Part shown: positions 63,135-64,000 of the stretch, in pieces
Layout: each line of letters opens with the position of its first letter
How positions within the stretch are numbered: position 1 is the first letter of the stretch
NCBI GenBank assembly: GCA_965112735.1
Contig: OZ218953.1
Coordinates: 62,001 to 126,000 of the forward strand
Origin: Phaeosaccion multiseriatum
Lineage: Eukaryota; Protista; Ochrophyta, other classes
Direction: 5' to 3'
Length of the DNA stretch: 64,000 nt
Notes under the pieces: generated by a model
Told to the model about the DNA's origin: nothing
The model's database searches: none
The model's input: the letters and a program-made list of their open reading frames with translations, nothing else
Translations under genes and position numbers: made by a program

Positions 63135-63815
63135 CTAACGGCGCCCCCGGGAGAAAAGAAGGGAGAGGCCCACCGCTACTGCTGTCGCTCCCACGGCCCC
63201 CAGGACAGCGTACCTCTCCCCCTTTTCCTGCCGACTCCGGCACAGATCGTGCAACACGAGGCCCGCCGGGTGTTCAGGCTCCATTCGCAGCAATTTCTCT
63301 ACATAGATCCGGCTTTGACTCCAATCCCCAGTGCCGTAGAAGGAGAGGGCCATACTGTAGTAGAGCTCCTCGGGGTGCGCATATCCGGAGTCCACAAACT
63401 TCATCAAAGACCTTCGGCCTTCTTCCCGCTCGTGCTTCTTCCCGCTCTTGCTCTGAGCTTGCAGGTTCGGGTTGAAGTTTGGGGTTAGAGTTATGTGAAA
63501 CTTGGATCAAACTTGTACCAATGCTGTACCAAGAGCCCACCGCACTCACCTTTACCATGGCTAACTGTACGTACAGCTGGCGCTGGACCTCTGCGAGGGA
63601 AGGGGGCATTTAAGAAGGCAACGCGGATATCATCACCCCCTTGTTACTACCAGCTGCCCCCGCCGCCACGTGCTGCCATCCCCCGAAGACACAGACTCAC
63701 CTTTGTTGTCACAGTTTTCGATCCGTCTGTGCAGCTCACTAATAAGCTCTGTCACCATACTCCGCTCCTGCTCCAGCTGAACATCAAGCTCGTTCTTCTC
63801 CCCGCCCAGCATCAT
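63135..63815 (-). CDS. FIS1: Fis1-like mitochondrial/peroxisomal fission protein (TPR + tail anchor), multi-exon
   Basis: EREEGRRSL..EELYYSMALSFYGTGDWSQSRIYVEKLLRMEPEHPAGLVLH (Fis1-type TPR2) followed by TM AVLGAVGATAVAVGLSLLF and basic tail SRGRR*. 5' exons and start are approximate. Confidence 0.75.
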
Positions 63816-63954
63816 CTTTGTACTGGTCACACCGCGAAAAGGGGGATGAAAGGGAGTAGAGATTAGAGAGAGAAAATGCTAAAGAGTTGGTGCTCCAATA
63901 GTCGACAGAGGGAGAGAGGGACAAGATTACAATTTTTTTTTTATAAAGAGAGAA

Positions 63955-64000
63955 ATGGCGGAGGAGCAGCAGCACGGCCGTGCTCAGCTCCCGCAGAACT
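63955..64000 (+). CDS. Possible 5' start of the next gene (MAEEQQHGRAQLPQN...), truncated by the window end
   Basis: ATG after an AT-rich tract, divergent from Fis1 at a spacing like other head-to-head pairs in the window; too short to identify. Confidence 0.3.
   Translation, partial: MAEEQQHGRAQLPQN

Overview
GC-rich, intron-containing eukaryotic nuclear DNA, most consistent with a flagellated stramenopile/ochrophyte-type protist (inferred from gene content, not proven). The six-frame ORF track is dominated by spurious GC/low-complexity ORFs, so genes were rebuilt by reading motifs and GT/GC-AG splice sites. About 16 protein-coding genes are supported: a small secreted protein with a phage-type peptidase S74 (intramolecular chaperone) domain; FAM149-like; RIIAD1-like; a ~5,800-aa HERC-like HECT E3 ligase; a mitochondrial-carrier protein; an LRR-CaaX protein; a spliced larC nickel-pincer-cofactor nickel insertase; a BART/CFAP36-like protein; a myosin fused to a Tubby domain; two paralogous GSTs flanking a CFAP157-like gene; a PH-ankyrin-WW protein; a GT92-like glycosyltransferase; a tomosyn/Lgl-like protein; and Fis1. 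No rRNA, tRNA, CRISPR array or transposase was recognised. The most notable signals are the intron-bearing eukaryotic larC, the domesticated secreted S74 protein, the myosin-Tubby fusion, and a dispersed 13-mer (GTATCACCAACTG) that recurs in exons (different frames and strands) and introns across the window. All family calls are from motif recognition by eye; no database search was run.
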